From contig OZ024749.1 in the NCBI GenBank assembly GCA_964016885.1, positions 52,390,001-52,454,000 on the forward strand: a DNA stretch of 64,000 nt. The letters are read 5' to 3'. Source of the stretch: Eledone cirrhosa. Taxonomy: Eukaryota. A program made the position numbers and the translations under genes. Positions 12,044 through 25,616 of the stretch are shown here, piece by piece (position 1 is the stretch's first letter; every line of letters starts with the position of its first letter). The notes under the pieces were generated by a model that worked only from the letters and a program-made list of their open reading frames with translations, was not told where the DNA came from and did no database searches.

Positions 12044-12457
12044 ATGAAAAATGTTTCTATTTTCCTTCTCTCAGGGTTATTTGAAATAAAACAAAATAAA
12101 ACAACTATATTTTAATTATGTGTTTTAATTAAGATTGTTGATGTATGTAATTACAATTGTTAATGTGTTAATGTATGTAATTATAAGACAGCCAATTAAC
12201 AGAGTCGTTAGAATATTGGCCCTGGAACCAACTTTGTGTTTCATCGTTTGAAGAATCTCGTTAACTTTAATAAGTCATTAAATGAAACAATAATTGTTTC
12301 AGAAAGAGAATTTATTCATATAAAAAAGAACAATAAATTTTTAATTAAATTTTAGTAAAAGACATTTTATGTTGTGGAAACTTGGTGTTCTTGAAAAACC
12401 AGTTTAGGAAACAGTTATAGAGTTCACCCATTAGCATTTACATTATTCTATATTAAA

Positions 12458-12652
12458 CCCTTTAGCATTTAAACCGGCCATATCCGGCCAGAATTCTCTC
12501 ACCTTTTTCTGTTCAAACTGGCTACTCATACTTATGTTAAGGTATTGTTCTCAAAATAAATATCAAAATCTCATAGATTCGATATTGTGTGAGGTAACGT
12601 CTTTACTGTGAAAATACAATAGTGAATATAGAGTAATGTAAATGCTAAAGGG
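12458..12652. mobile_element. Same piggyBac-like MITE, inverted copy
   Basis: ccctttagcattt...aaatgctaaaggg-ttaa; reverse complement of about 6713-6932. Confidence 0.7.
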
Positions 12653-14731
12653 TTAATTAATAGTTTCAATAATTTTAATTATTAAATTAATTATTTAATT
12701 AAATTTTATTTCCATAAAGCAGAAGCAACAAACAATGTGGTATCGTTAATAGTTACATTTCTTCCGATCTGGAGATGACACAGTTGACTTAACAGGGGCC
12801 AACTGGAACAAACCTGATTGTTATAATGTAAGGCAAGAGGCTAGGCAGATACATGTGAGGAAAGGGGCTGAGGACTTGTGATACACCAGTGGTGGTGGAG
12901 GACTAAGGATTGAAAGATAAACCACAACAATTACAATGATGACATCATTAGATATGAAATGGTGATAGAAGTCTCTCTAACAGTCACTTGCTCTGATTGA
13001 TCAACAAGGTCCCAAACCTCAATCCCTTGTCGATAAGGGTGGACCTCGTCAAATCAGACCAAGGAAACTTTTGTTTCCATTGGTCTTTCCATTGCTGATA
13101 CTATCTACCAGTCGCAACTCCTTGGCAAAAGGAGCAACATCATCATTATCACCGTTTAAAGTCTATCTTCCACGCTAGCATGGGTTAGACGGGAATTGTC
13201 CCACTTGAGGCAAGATTGGTCGGGTGACCGTGTCTCGCTCGTATAGGACTATCTGGCAGGTTTTCTACAGTTGGATGCCCTTCCTAACACCAACCACATT
13301 TACAGTGTGAACTGGGAGCCTTTTACCGTGTTACCTACACAACAACATTACAGCGTGGACTGTGTTTGTTTTTTTGTTGTGACACCTACATGACCTCATT
13401 AGTTTGGACTGGATGTTGTGGTACCAACATAACTTTATAGAGAAAGGGTGGTGTTGGTGGGAGTCGGAGGATGGAGCAGTGGTAGTGGGTTGGGGTGTAT
13501 ATTGGGTTAAGAGGTGCCTACTGACTGTAGGCACATGAAATAAAATGTCTTTCTCAAGGCCAAAACGCATCTCCCAGTCTAAGAATTGAACTCGCAACCT
13601 CACCATTGCAAATCCAACTCTCTAACTACTAAACCATGTGACTTCACCTCTCTACTACAGATGTTGCTTATTTTAAGAAGCTCTTCATATTGTTCCTTAT
13701 AAAACTGCAAGTAAGTATTATTGGATATTTATTGTCTGGAGCAGGGAGGGGAGGTCCTCAAAATTGGTCGATATCACCCCAGCCCCACCCCCAGGGGCAG
13801 TCGGACTATCCAGTGGGGTCAACTGGACATAGGACCATAAAATAGTACAATAAAGTCCAATTTAATTATTTACAAGTTTCTAATTGATATTTAATTAGTA
13901 TTTATTGACTATTAAAATTTCTGTTTATTGATTGATTGATTTTTGTACATGGCTGGGATCAATGAAAAGGGTCAAGGATTCCTTGAAGGGATCAATTGTC
14001 TAAAACCTTTACAGATCCCTGGTCAAGAGTTAAGTTTCTGGTCAGTGAGAATACATTTGTTTTTTCTACGTTTTTACAGTATATCTTTTTAACACCAAAT
14101 ATGGTTTTATATTGAGGGTAGGTTAAAGGTTTTGAGGTGTTGTATTGAGGGTAGGTTAAAGGTTTTGAGGTGTATTGAGGGTGGATTAAAGGTTTTGAGG
14201 TGTATTAAGAGTGGATTAAAGGTTTTGAGGGTTGAAGCAACAGAATGCTTTAGAATCATTGGTCGAAATGGTTGACTGTAGGTTCTGAAATGTTATAAAT
14301 TAAATTAATTCCAAGAAATTACCAAGAAGAAATATATTTCTAAATATTTAGAGGTGTTTGTAAAGTGGTTTTCATGTTGGTGTTTTTTTTTATTTCATCA
14401 TTAAAAGTCTTTCTTGAACCCAGAGGTTCATCCAGCTGGGGCTTATCCTGTTTCAATGGCAACTGAGAGTACAAGACTTCACTCTAGATGGGGCACTAGT
14501 CTGGCCCAGGGCCAAAAGCCCCCCACCCACCTGCTGCTGGTACTCATTCGTTTCGATTGGATAGACTTGTACAATGTGAAATGAAGTGCCTTACTCAAGG
14601 ACGTATCACGTCACCCTCTGCCAGAATCGAACCCACGACCTTCCAGTTGTGAACCCAACATCTCCAAACACTAAACAACATACCTTCAATCTCTCATGAC
14701 TAAATAATCCATTGAAGCAATTTTTCTCTTG

Positions 14732-14930
14732 TAATTCCAGGAATATTTTACTAAAACTTTTGTTACATAACATCTGAGATGTTATTCCAGGAATATATTA
14801 CTATAAGTTGTGTTACATAACATCTGAGATGTTATAATTCCAGGAATATATTACTATAAGTTGTGTTACATAACATCTGAGATGTTATAATTCCAGGAAT
14901 ATATTACTATAAGTTGTGTTACATAACATA
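14732..14930. repeat. 50-53-bp minisatellite, 4 units, each containing GTTACATAAC
   Basis: Motif at 14762, 14812, 14865 and 14918. Confidence 0.9.
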
Positions 14931-15154
14931 TGAAATTCTGTCTATAAGTTGACGTTCAAATCTTTAGTTTTTCCACAAAAAAAGAAATTATTATGCGATA
15001 AACGTTGTAGCTGTTGACGTCTCATATTCTCTCCAGATGTTCACAGACGATTTATAAAGTCTTTAATTTAAACTAATTGATGTATTAAATGGTAAAACTG
15101 ATCATATTTCCTAATATAGAAGACAAAATCAATAAATGTCGACACACTTCAATA

Positions 15155-16649
15155 TCAGTCGATATCGCAAGAAATCGTTTCTGGAAACTTCTGCTTTTCA
15201 GAAACACAGGAAGTTTTTCTGTTAGTTATGAGGGGAATCGGACTATTTTCTCTGAAATCATTTCGCGGCGGAATTATTGTTGTATCAAGGAGTTTGTTAT
15301 AGCTCTCTGTATCACAATTAATTGTAGTGCAGTCTACATCACTATCAGAAGAATGAAATCCACCGTCATTAGAATTGGTAATCCTGCCACTAATATGGTT
15401 GCTGTGGGCAAGCAGCGGCACTGGTTCGTTTATTTTCAGTCTGTCGTGAATTCGTTTATGTCTTTCTAGGTTACTCTTGTGGCTAGTTGCGTAATCACAA
15501 TGTGGACAGTTGTAGTCTTTCTGTCCATTATGGACAGACAGATGACGTCTTAGCAAAGCTTTCCGACAGAAACGTCGTCCACAAAATGGACAGGAATAGC
15601 CATTATGATGAAATATGGTTATGTGTTCTCGCAGAGATGCTTTTGTAGAGAATGTTACACCACAACATTCGAGAACTTTATCGCAGGCTTGATGCATTGT
15701 AGAAATATGTCGCTTTAGATTGTTTCGTCTGTCTGTGACGTAGCGACAGTGTGAACAAGGAAATAACTTACCACGAAATGTGTTACACACCAACATAGCT
15801 AGTTCTAAATAGTTTCTGTTCACTAAAGGAGTTTTGTATTTGAAATATGATAGATCAGTCGGCATACTGGCTTGCTTGAATTGTTGGTGATATTCTACAA
15901 GACTCAGTGGACGTGTACTACCAGCAAGGGAGGTTGGTGGAGGATAGAGTGAGTATTGTAGCCAAGCAGCAGGTAAACCGAGAGCAGCCGGTAAAGATGC
16001 TGTAGGAGACATTATTGGAATACTGCCATGGAGGTAATGGCGGCCGTTAGAACTACCAAATGGTGTAAAAGAAGTGAGAGGACTTTTCCTATTGGTCTTC
16101 TCCGAGTCTGAGTTGGGAGACTGCGGAGGGAAACGATCTGTTCGATCTATCGATCCAGGAGAATGAAGAGAAAGGCGATCGGTTCGGTCTATCGATCCAG
16201 GAGAGTGTAAAGGCAGGCGATCAGTTCGGTCTATCGATCCAGGAGAATGAAGAGAAAGTCGATCAGTTCGATCTATCGATCCAGGAGAATGAAGAGAAAG
16301 GCGATCAGTTCGGTCTATCGATCTAGGAGAATGAAGTGAAAGGCGATCAGTTCGGTCTATCGATTCAGGAGAGTGCAGAGAAAGGCGATCAGTTCGGTCT
16401 ATCGATCTAGACGAATGAAGTGAAAGGCGATCAGTTCGATCTATCGATTCAGGAGAGTGTAGAGACACGCGATCAGTTCGATCTATCAATCCAGGAGAGT
16501 GTAGAGAAATGCGATTAGTTCGATCCATCGATCTAGGAGAATGTAGAGAAAAACGATCCTTTTGTTCTATTGACCCATGAATGGAGTTGTCTCCTCCTTG
16601 AGAATTGGTTGACATCCGTGAGAGAAGATTTTCTGTCCGAGAAGAACCA
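15155..16649 (-). CDS. C2H2 zinc-finger protein, main coding exon (4 fingers; N-terminal 14-aa tandem repeats)
   Basis: 504-codon ORF. Fingers: CSHC..HISTMH, CC..HITIFH, CPFC..HLSVH, CPHC..HKRIH. Acceptor ttctctctgcag| at 16650-16651 (phase 2); first internal Met at 16615. Confidence 0.92.
16139..16558 (-). repeat. Coding 42-bp minisatellite, 10 copies (consensus DRLSLHSPGSIDRT)
   Basis: Period of 42 nt seen directly (gatccagga at 16152 and 16194); reading frame preserved. Confidence 0.95.
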
Positions 16650-17394
16650 CTGCAGAGAGAATTAACCAAACATTAGATTATCAAAAGTAGAAATACAACA
16701 ATCACGTGACTTTTTACGTCATTTACCAATTAAAGTTTAATCATATGAAAATCGATTACAAAAATCAATTTAAAACGTTTAAAAAATGCAATAATTGAGA
16801 GTATGAAGTGGATAAAATTTCAAAATTTCAATGGAAAGAAAAAAATCTAATTTTAAAAAATACATTGAATGTTGAAACAGTTTAAAAATAAAACATTTAA
16901 AAAAAACCAATATTATCTATAGATTTCTAATCGATCATGTCATCTAGTGTCAGAGCTGATCGATGAAGATATTTGCTGGACGGTATCCATAGGAGTATAT
17001 TAGAAATAAGGTCAGGCTTAACTCTCTTCAATGAACGCAATCAAAGAAAACCTTCGTATTAACAACATCACAAATCTGTAGATATTCTCCTCGATGGTTT
17101 TGCTGTCCTTTTCTGGATGTCATCGTTTTCAGATGATCTTGGGCATCCACGAAACATCACGAGGAAACACTTGATGTCGCCTACATTCGTTCGTTTAGGG
17201 CCACTCTTAATATTTCTTGGAAGGGAGCATCAGAGGACGAAACGAAGGCTATAGAACAAGATTTCTACAACTACTGTTGGAGACAAAGAGGGGAGGGGCT
17301 GGAGAGAGAGAGAGAGAGAGAGAAATGCAAGTGTTTTGCAAGACATTGCTGGAGAAGTAAACAAGAAGTGTGTGAAAATAGCATCTACAATCAC

Positions 17395-17435
<41 letters not shown>

Positions 17436-18061
17436 ACGGGAGGGGGGGGGGACTGAGAGACAGAGAGGGACTGAGGGAAGTGTGTGAAAATAACATCTCC
17501 AAATCAATAGGAATTAGATCTAGATTGGAGAAGCGATTTATTTGGCATTCGTTAGAGAGTGAGAGAGAGAGAATAGTTAAGAATCAGACATTTAGACATA
17601 TAGATAGTACATAATGGTTTTATTTAATAACACAACGACAACAACAACAACAACAATAACAGTAAACAAACAAACAAAAACAACTGTTCATTGCTTGATA
17701 ATTATCAGTAATTTGTTGGTTGCGATAAGATGAAACAAATAAATAAAAAGAAATTAAAACAAATCCCCCAAACAAAATGGCCGCCAAGGACAGAAGCAAC
17801 TCTGCTTTACTGCCAGATGCCCACTGAAGCTATTTAGCAAATAATGTTATAATAAGTGGCATTCAATGGTAATTGGAAGTGAAGGGAACAGAACAGCAGA
17901 GAAATGAGCAGAATTGAGTTAACTGTAAATAAGAGAGATTCTCAGTCGAAAACCATTGAATATTACTGGAGCCAGTCAATGAGGTCTATATCGGAAACTA
18001 ATAACGGAATCAGTCGCGACATCAAATTATATTTAATTATATTTAATTATATTTAGTTATA

Positions 18062-18143
<82 letters not shown>

Positions 18144-18294
18144 TGTATATATATATATATATATATAAAACAAATAAACAAACGGAATAATTCGTTCAAG
18201 AAATTCAGAAATGAATCAATGTTTTCCGTCATTTGTACACACACACATATATACATACATACACACATACGCAGATACTGTGTGTGTATGTGTG

Positions 18295-18383
<89 letters not shown>

Positions 18384-18436
18384 TTTGCAAGTTTTTTTAT
18401 ATGAAATCGTGTGTCGAAACAAATATTGTTTATTAC

Positions 18437-18531
<95 letters not shown>

Positions 18532-18581
18532 CATATATATACACATACATATATATATATATATACACATACATATATATA

Positions 18582-18615
<34 letters not shown>

Positions 18616-18855
18616 CCAACCTTTCAGTATCTTTAAAATAATAAGAAATATACATTTAATGACGTCATACATCGATTTATGATTGACATAATATTGATTA
18701 CTAATCAAAGTCTTGGCTACAGACAATTGATTAAATTGATTAGTCAATTAAATCGATCACAATATTATCTGGTGTATTGAACGCAATATCTTTCTAAAGA
18801 TTTTGACCTTAAAATCCAATATATCGAAAGTACAATATTAATAATTTGATGAGGA

Positions 18856-18887
<32 letters not shown>

Positions 18888-19301
18888 ATGGTGATGATGA
18901 TGGTGGTGATGGTGGTGATGATGATGGTGATGATGGTGATGATGATGGTGGTGATGGTGATGGTGGTGGTGATGATGGTGATGATGGTGATGATGATGGT
19001 GGTGATGGTGATGGTGATGATGATGGTGATGATGATGGTGATGGTGATGATGATGGTGATGGTGATGATGATGGTGATGATGATGGTGATGGTGGTGATG
19101 ATGATGATGGTGGTGATGGTGATGGTGATGGTTTCCGATTTAGGCACAAGGCCAACAATTTTGAGGGAGGGAAAAGTCGGTTAAATCGACACCAGTGAAT
19201 TACTGGTACTTTATTTTATTGACCCCGTAAGGATGAAAGGCAAAGTTAACCTCGGCGGGATTTGAACTCAGATCTTCTTTGAACAAATCATATATAGAAG
19301 T

Positions 19302-19379
<78 letters not shown>

Positions 19380-19412
19380 GTGTGTGTGTATATATAAATG
19401 TATATATATATG

Positions 19413-19463
<51 letters not shown>

Positions 19464-19522
19464 ATATATATATGTATATATATATATATATGTGTATATA
19501 TATATATATATATGTGTGTATA

Positions 19523-19580
<58 letters not shown>

Positions 19581-19584
<4 letters not shown>

Positions 19585-19660
19585 GATAAATCTACCAAGA
19601 GTTTACGGTAGTGTCCAATCCGTATGAAGAACTCAATGTAATCCGGATATCATAGAATGA
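19581..19660. mobile_element. Short TA-associated dispersed repeat (reverse-complement copy at about 55735-55810)
   Basis: gtagataaatctaccaagagtttacggtagtgtccaatccgtatgaagaactc occurs twice, each time abutting (TA)n. Confidence 0.65.
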
Positions 19661-19716
19661 TATATATAATGTGTATATATACGTATATATATATATATAT
19701 ATATATACGTATATAT

Positions 19717-19796
<80 letters not shown>

Positions 19797-19804
19797 GTAT
19801 ATAT

Positions 19805-19844
<40 letters not shown>

Positions 19845-19847
19845 CAG

Positions 19848-19896
<49 letters not shown>

Positions 19897-20644
19897 ATAT
19901 ATGTATATATGTATGTATGTACATGTGTGTGTAAGTGAGAGTGTAGATGTGTGTGTGTAACAGTAATCACAGACCCAGTACCACAATTAACCCAATTGTC
20001 TCGCAACAATTATCAAAATCTCACAATAATCAACACACCACGCCCATCCATCGTTACTTTTAAACCAATCAATTTCGAGCGTTATCCCTATTACGCAAGT
20101 CCCGCCCATTATTGTCTGAAGTCTTTTCTGATTGGTCTGCAGTAACTCCTCCTACTAATCTTTGATATACTAAACGTCACACAACAATGGAGTCGCTAAT
20201 TTGTTACTCGATCTGCTAAAAATAGCAGCCAAATCTCCCTCATATCACATTAAAAATTAGTAGACACAAATCTAAATGACTAGAAAGAGAGGACAGTCAT
20301 GACTGGAACGCCTTTAGGGTAGAGTCCTAGTTGAGGGTTCCAGTAACGTGAAAGAAAAATTGAAAATGCAAACGTAAGCATAAACGATGAAATAAGTTTC
20401 TGTATATATATATATATATATATATATGAAAAGATTCAGGATCCCAACGGCTGAGCTCCGGCTGTTTCGACAGCTAGATCACCCCCCCCCCCCCCCCCAC
20501 ACACACACACATATATAAATCTAAAAGATGATTGACTGAATACACACGTGTGTTTTTTTCTCCCCCTTTTTTACTTCATTTTTCCACCTGTTCCTTCCTC
20601 TCTTCACTCTTTACTTTCTATTTATCTTCTATTTCTAACTCTAT

Positions 20645-20679
20645 CTTCTGATGAAGGACTAGTGTCCGAAACGTTAAGA
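20645..20679 (+). ncRNA. Minimal type I hammerhead ribozyme motif (Penelope-like)
   Basis: tctt CTGATGA a ggac-tagt-gtcc GAAA cg TTA agac; palindromic AACGTT helix III; helix I is short. Confidence 0.7.
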
Positions 20680-20766
20680 CTCTCTTCCTGCTATTTCAAG
20701 CGTTAAACTAATATATTTCTTCACTGTACTGTGTCGTTTATTTTGTTTTTTTTTCTGTTTACCTTT

Positions 20767-20799
<33 letters not shown>

Positions 20800-20810
20800 G
20801 TGTGTGAATA

Positions 20811-20842
<32 letters not shown>

Positions 20843-20843
20843 A

Positions 20844-20912
<69 letters not shown>

Positions 20913-20950
20913 CGAAACATAAGTCAAAATGAACTCATAATCCTTTATTT

Positions 20951-21006
20951 ACTGCTATATATATTTCGATGATAGCCATTGAATGGCTATGACCTCATCA
21001 GGCAGT
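20951..21006 (-). ncRNA. Intact minimal type I hammerhead ribozyme motif in a (TA)n-flanked element (about 20908-21053)
   Basis: Minus strand reads actgc CTGATGA ggtc-atagccat-tca-atggctat-catc GAAA tatatatA gcagt. Helix I actgc/gcagt, 8-bp helix II stem, palindromic helix III, AUA site. Confidence 0.8.
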
Positions 21007-21049
21007 TAGTCAGTTCTGTGTTTATAGTGTTGATGGTATCAGAGCCTTG

Positions 21050-21105
<56 letters not shown>

Positions 21106-21242
21106 CGAAGTGGGTGTGGCAAGGCACAAGATGGACCATAAGGCACCAGAGTACTCAATACCTAGGGTAGTTTAGTGGGTAATAGGAAAATGTTTAACCC
21201 CGACGGCAGAGTTCAAGCCGTTTCGTCGGTGTTAAACATTTT

Positions 21243-21301
<59 letters not shown>

Positions 21302-21440
21302 CTGTAGTTTGCTTGAAGTATTGTGGAATAAGAAATAGTAATTTAACTAGGAAATAAGTTTAAATATTTGGAAGGCCGACAATGTGAGATTATAAGTGCC
21401 GAGGTAGGGATTAGAGAAAATAGGATAAAAAGAACTTTTA

Positions 21441-22418
21441 TGGTGGTGTCGGTGGTGGAGTTGTTGGTGGTGTAGGTGGTGGTGTTGGTGGTGTCGGTGG
21501 TGGAGTTGTTGGTGGTGTTGTTGGTGGTGTTGGTGGTGTAGGTGGTGGTGTTGGTGGTGTCGGTGGTGGAGTTGTTGGTGGTGTAGGTGGTGGTGTTGGT
21601 GGTAGTTGTGGTGTCGGTGGTGGAGTTGTTGGTGGTGTTGGTGGTAGTTGTGGTGTCGGTGGTGGAGTTGTTGGTGGTGTAGGTGGTGGTGTTGGTGGTG
21701 TCGGTGGTGGAGTTGTTGGTGGTGTAGGTGGTTTTTAGTGTCGTAGGTGTTGTCGGTGTTGTCGGTGTTGTCGGTGGCGTAGGTGGTAGTTGTGGTGTTG
21801 GTGGTGTTATAGGTGGTAGTTGTGGTGTTGTTGTAGGTGTTGTCGGTGGTGTTGGTGGTAGTTGTGGTGTTGTTGTAGGTGTTGTCGGTGGCGTAGGTGG
21901 TAGTTGTGGTGTTGGTGGTGTTATAGGTGGTAGTTGTGGTGTTGTTGTAGGTGTTGTCGGTGGTGTTGGTGGTAGTTGTGGTGTTGTTGTAGGTGTTGTC
22001 GGTGGTGTTGGTGGTAGTTGTGGTGTTGGTGGTGTTATAGGTGGTAGTTGTGGTGTTGTTGTAGGTGTTGTCGGTGGTGTTGGTGGTAGTTGTGGTGTTG
22101 GTGGTGTTATAGGTGGTAGTTGTGGTGTTGTTGTAGGTGTTGTCGGTGGTGTTGGTGGTAGTTGTGGTGTTGGTGTTGTTGTTGGAGTTGTTGCTGTCGT
22201 CCTGGCGTTGTTTAAGAGCTGCTAAATTGTCATATGTTAGAATGGTGAGTGATTAAACTCAACAAAACAGCCAAACATTGACCAATCAAGGTGACATGAC
22301 ACCTTCCTTGGCAAACTAACAGACGTCAGCCTCAGGGTGGGGAGAGAGAGAGTGATAAAGAGATAGAGAGAGAGATAGAGAGAGAGAGTGATAGAGATAG
22401 ATAGAGACACATTGATAG

Positions 22419-22472
<54 letters not shown>

Positions 22473-23490
22473 GTGAGCTACACACTAGAAGCTATTATGG
22501 GGTTGTCAACATGATTCTAAAGATATACAGAAGCAAGTGTGACATACAGCTACATCGACATACTGCGAAAACATTGAACAAAAACAACCCCCAAAAACCG
22601 TAAACTTTAGTCTGATAGACATTCGGCCATTTTGACTTCTCTGAACATCAACAATGAGAGGTAGCCCTCCACCACCACCACCACCACCTCCACCACCACT
22701 ACCACCACCACCACCACCTCCAACACCACCACTACCACCACCACCACCACCTCCACCACTAGCACCACCTTCAACACCACCACTACCACCTCCACCACCA
22801 CTACCACCACTACCACCACCTCCAACACCACCACTACCACCTCCACCACCACTACCACCACCACCACCACCACCACTACCACCACTACCACCACCTCCAA
22901 CACCACCACTACCACCACCACCACCACCTCCACCACCACCACCACCACCACCACCACCACCACCACCACCTCCACCACCACTACCACCACCTCCAACACC
23001 ACCACTACCACCACCATTACTACCACCACCACAACCACCACCACCACCTCCACCACCACTACCACCACCTCCAACACCACCACTACCACCACCACCACCA
23101 CCACCACCACCTCCAACACCACCACCTCCACCACCACCTCCAACACCACCACCTCCACCACCACCATTACCACCACCTCCAACCCCACCACCACCACCAT
23201 CACTCAATCACTATCACTGACTTTCATATCCGACCCCACCCGCCCCCAATCCACACAACACCGCTGCCCTTTTCTCCAAGCTAGCAAATCCACCACCACC
23301 ACCACCACCACCACCACCACAACTATCACTAACACCACCAACGCCACCACAACCACCACCATCACCACTACCACCACCACCATCACGCCACCATCACCAT
23401 CACCACCACCACCATCACTACAACCACCACTACCATCACCACCACCACTACCACCACTACCACCAGCACCAGCACCACCAGCACCACCAT
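21441..23490. repeat. (GGT)n-derived tract at 21441-22200 and (CCA)n-derived tracts at 22668-23490
   Basis: Direct reading; source of spurious Gly/Val/Pro ORFs. Confidence 0.95.
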
Positions 23491-23931
23491 TCTTACGGGG
23501 TCGATAAAATAAAGTACCAGTAATACGCTGAGATAATTGCTGGCCTTGTGCCAAAAGTAGAAACAACCATTATCATTATCCATAACTTCAGTATAATAGG
23601 TCGCAAGCAGATTTTGAGAGAGCAAATTTTTCAGGGTAAAAAAGGTGCGTCTTATACACCGAAAAACCACGTTAGTTTGTATGGTATGTGACATGCAGCT
23701 ATGTTGAGTGATTGTGGCCGTAGTTTATGAGAGGGGTCACTCCCATTTTCCTATAGATCAACTTCCTAAAGATGAGCTATAAATCTACGCTAGGCCATTG
23801 TCAGAACTGTCTTATATTTCAATATTGTATTACAAAGAGGGGAGAAATATTTACCTCTGCTCATTAAATACGACGCACACACACACACACACACGCACAC
23901 ACACACGCACACACACACGCGCACACACACA

Positions 23932-23996
<65 letters not shown>

Positions 23997-24162
23997 ATAT
24001 ATATATATATATGTATATATACAACCACCAAATTCTCCCCGTCTCTATATCTACTACACGTAACTCTCTTCCAATACCCCTCTCTATATCAATTAACCCC
24101 AAACTCTCCCCCTCTCTATATCTAATGCAAGGAACTCTCTTTCAATACCCCTTTCTATATCA

Positions 24163-24465
24163 ATTTTGAAAGTAGGTTTATAAGTATGAATTTTCATAAG
24201 ATCTTCGTAGTTGTCTCTGTGGCCTAGCGGTAGGTATTAGAAACGGTGGAGACCCTGGTGCTGGGTTCAATCTTGGTCAAGAGGTGCATGTACCCTTTTT
24301 TCAGTTTTTATTTTACAACCTGCAAAAGTTTACCGGGAACCCTACTCCCGACCAGGATCGAACTTCAGACCCCGAACACCACCATCTACGATCCCTCCAA
24401 CTCGGCCACCGAGACAGCTACAACAGTATAATGAAAATTGATAATTATAAACCTACTTTCAAAAT
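24163..24465. mobile_element. Element of about 300 bp with 21-bp terminal inverted repeats and two convergent tRNA-like heads
   Basis: TIR attttgaaagtaggtttataa / ttataaacctactttcaaaat; A-box gtggcctagcgg and B-box ggttcaatc on +, mirrored on -. Confidence 0.7.
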
Positions 24466-25140
24466 CAAAGTTTAAAAGACGTGGTGTCGTTCATGGCTTT
24501 CCTAGAGCTATTAGTAATATTTAGGGTCGACTTCTGGTAATTATTAAAAGTCTCTGGATTTCGCAAAATACATAATATATTTTATTGTGAAGTAAGATAT
24601 TTTTCCGCAAAAATTTGATTGCACTGCTTTGTTTCCCCTTATGTATTTTTCGAAAATGTTATTTATTCATTATAAAAATTAAATGAGAGCATTCTATATG
24701 TAGGTGGGCCCCCTTCATCTCCTGGCAACCAATATTTTGGAACCCAGTCCGCCACTGATTGTAGATCAACAGTGAAATTGGTTTAACTGAGTCACAATAT
24801 TAATGTATTGTAAATCAACAGTGAAACTGGTTTAAATCAAGCCTAATATTAGTATTCTGTTACTAATCCTAGTTTGTTCATCATTTTAGCGTCTTACATC
24901 ATCGTTATATTGTAATGAAGAGATTAACTTCTACTTGTAGAAGTTGTAGAACCACTTCAGAGTTCAGAGCCTCTTAACAAGATATAAGGATTGTCAGTTA
25001 AATGTAACACAGATCTCAACACATAAGTGTTTATAAGAGATACTTTAAAACAAGAATAGACGAAGCATCGTTAATGATGAAAGCAATCTTATAAAACACT
25101 GTTTATCTTCTAGCCATTGACGTCTCTAAACTTTCCAGTT

Positions 25141-25402
25141 CACCTGACTTCACATTTTACATCTTTTAACAATTACCTGACTTCACATTTTACATCTTTT
25201 AACAATTACCTGACTTCACATTTTACATCTTTTAACAATCACCTGACTTCACATTTTACATCTTTTAACAATTACCTGACTTCACATTTTACATCTTTTA
25301 ATACTTACCTGACTTCACATTTTACATCTTTTAATACTTACCTGACTTCACATTTTACATATTTTAACAATTATTTAACCACAAATTTCCCATCTTTTAA
25401 CA
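25141..25402. repeat. 30-bp minisatellite
   Basis: acctgacttcacattttacatcttttaaca-type unit, about 8 copies. Confidence 0.9.
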
Positions 25403-25616
25403 GTTGTTTAACCATACATATCACCTTATAGCAGCTGATGTGAAGGACATTCTCTCTAGCTTTACAAGAAATATTGCAATGGACTGGCGCCCTATCCGGG
25501 AGGGAGGTTTGTACTCATCACAGTCACTTAATGCTCACAAAACTGAGATAAGTTTCTGTCTGATGAGACTCTGGGCTAGGAACCGACTTTGACTTAACTT
25601 TTAAAGGGCTGTTAGA

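Noticed and set aside
15089-15469. 126-aa + strand ORF
   Set aside because: Antisense shadow of the zinc-finger exon with no recognisable motif.
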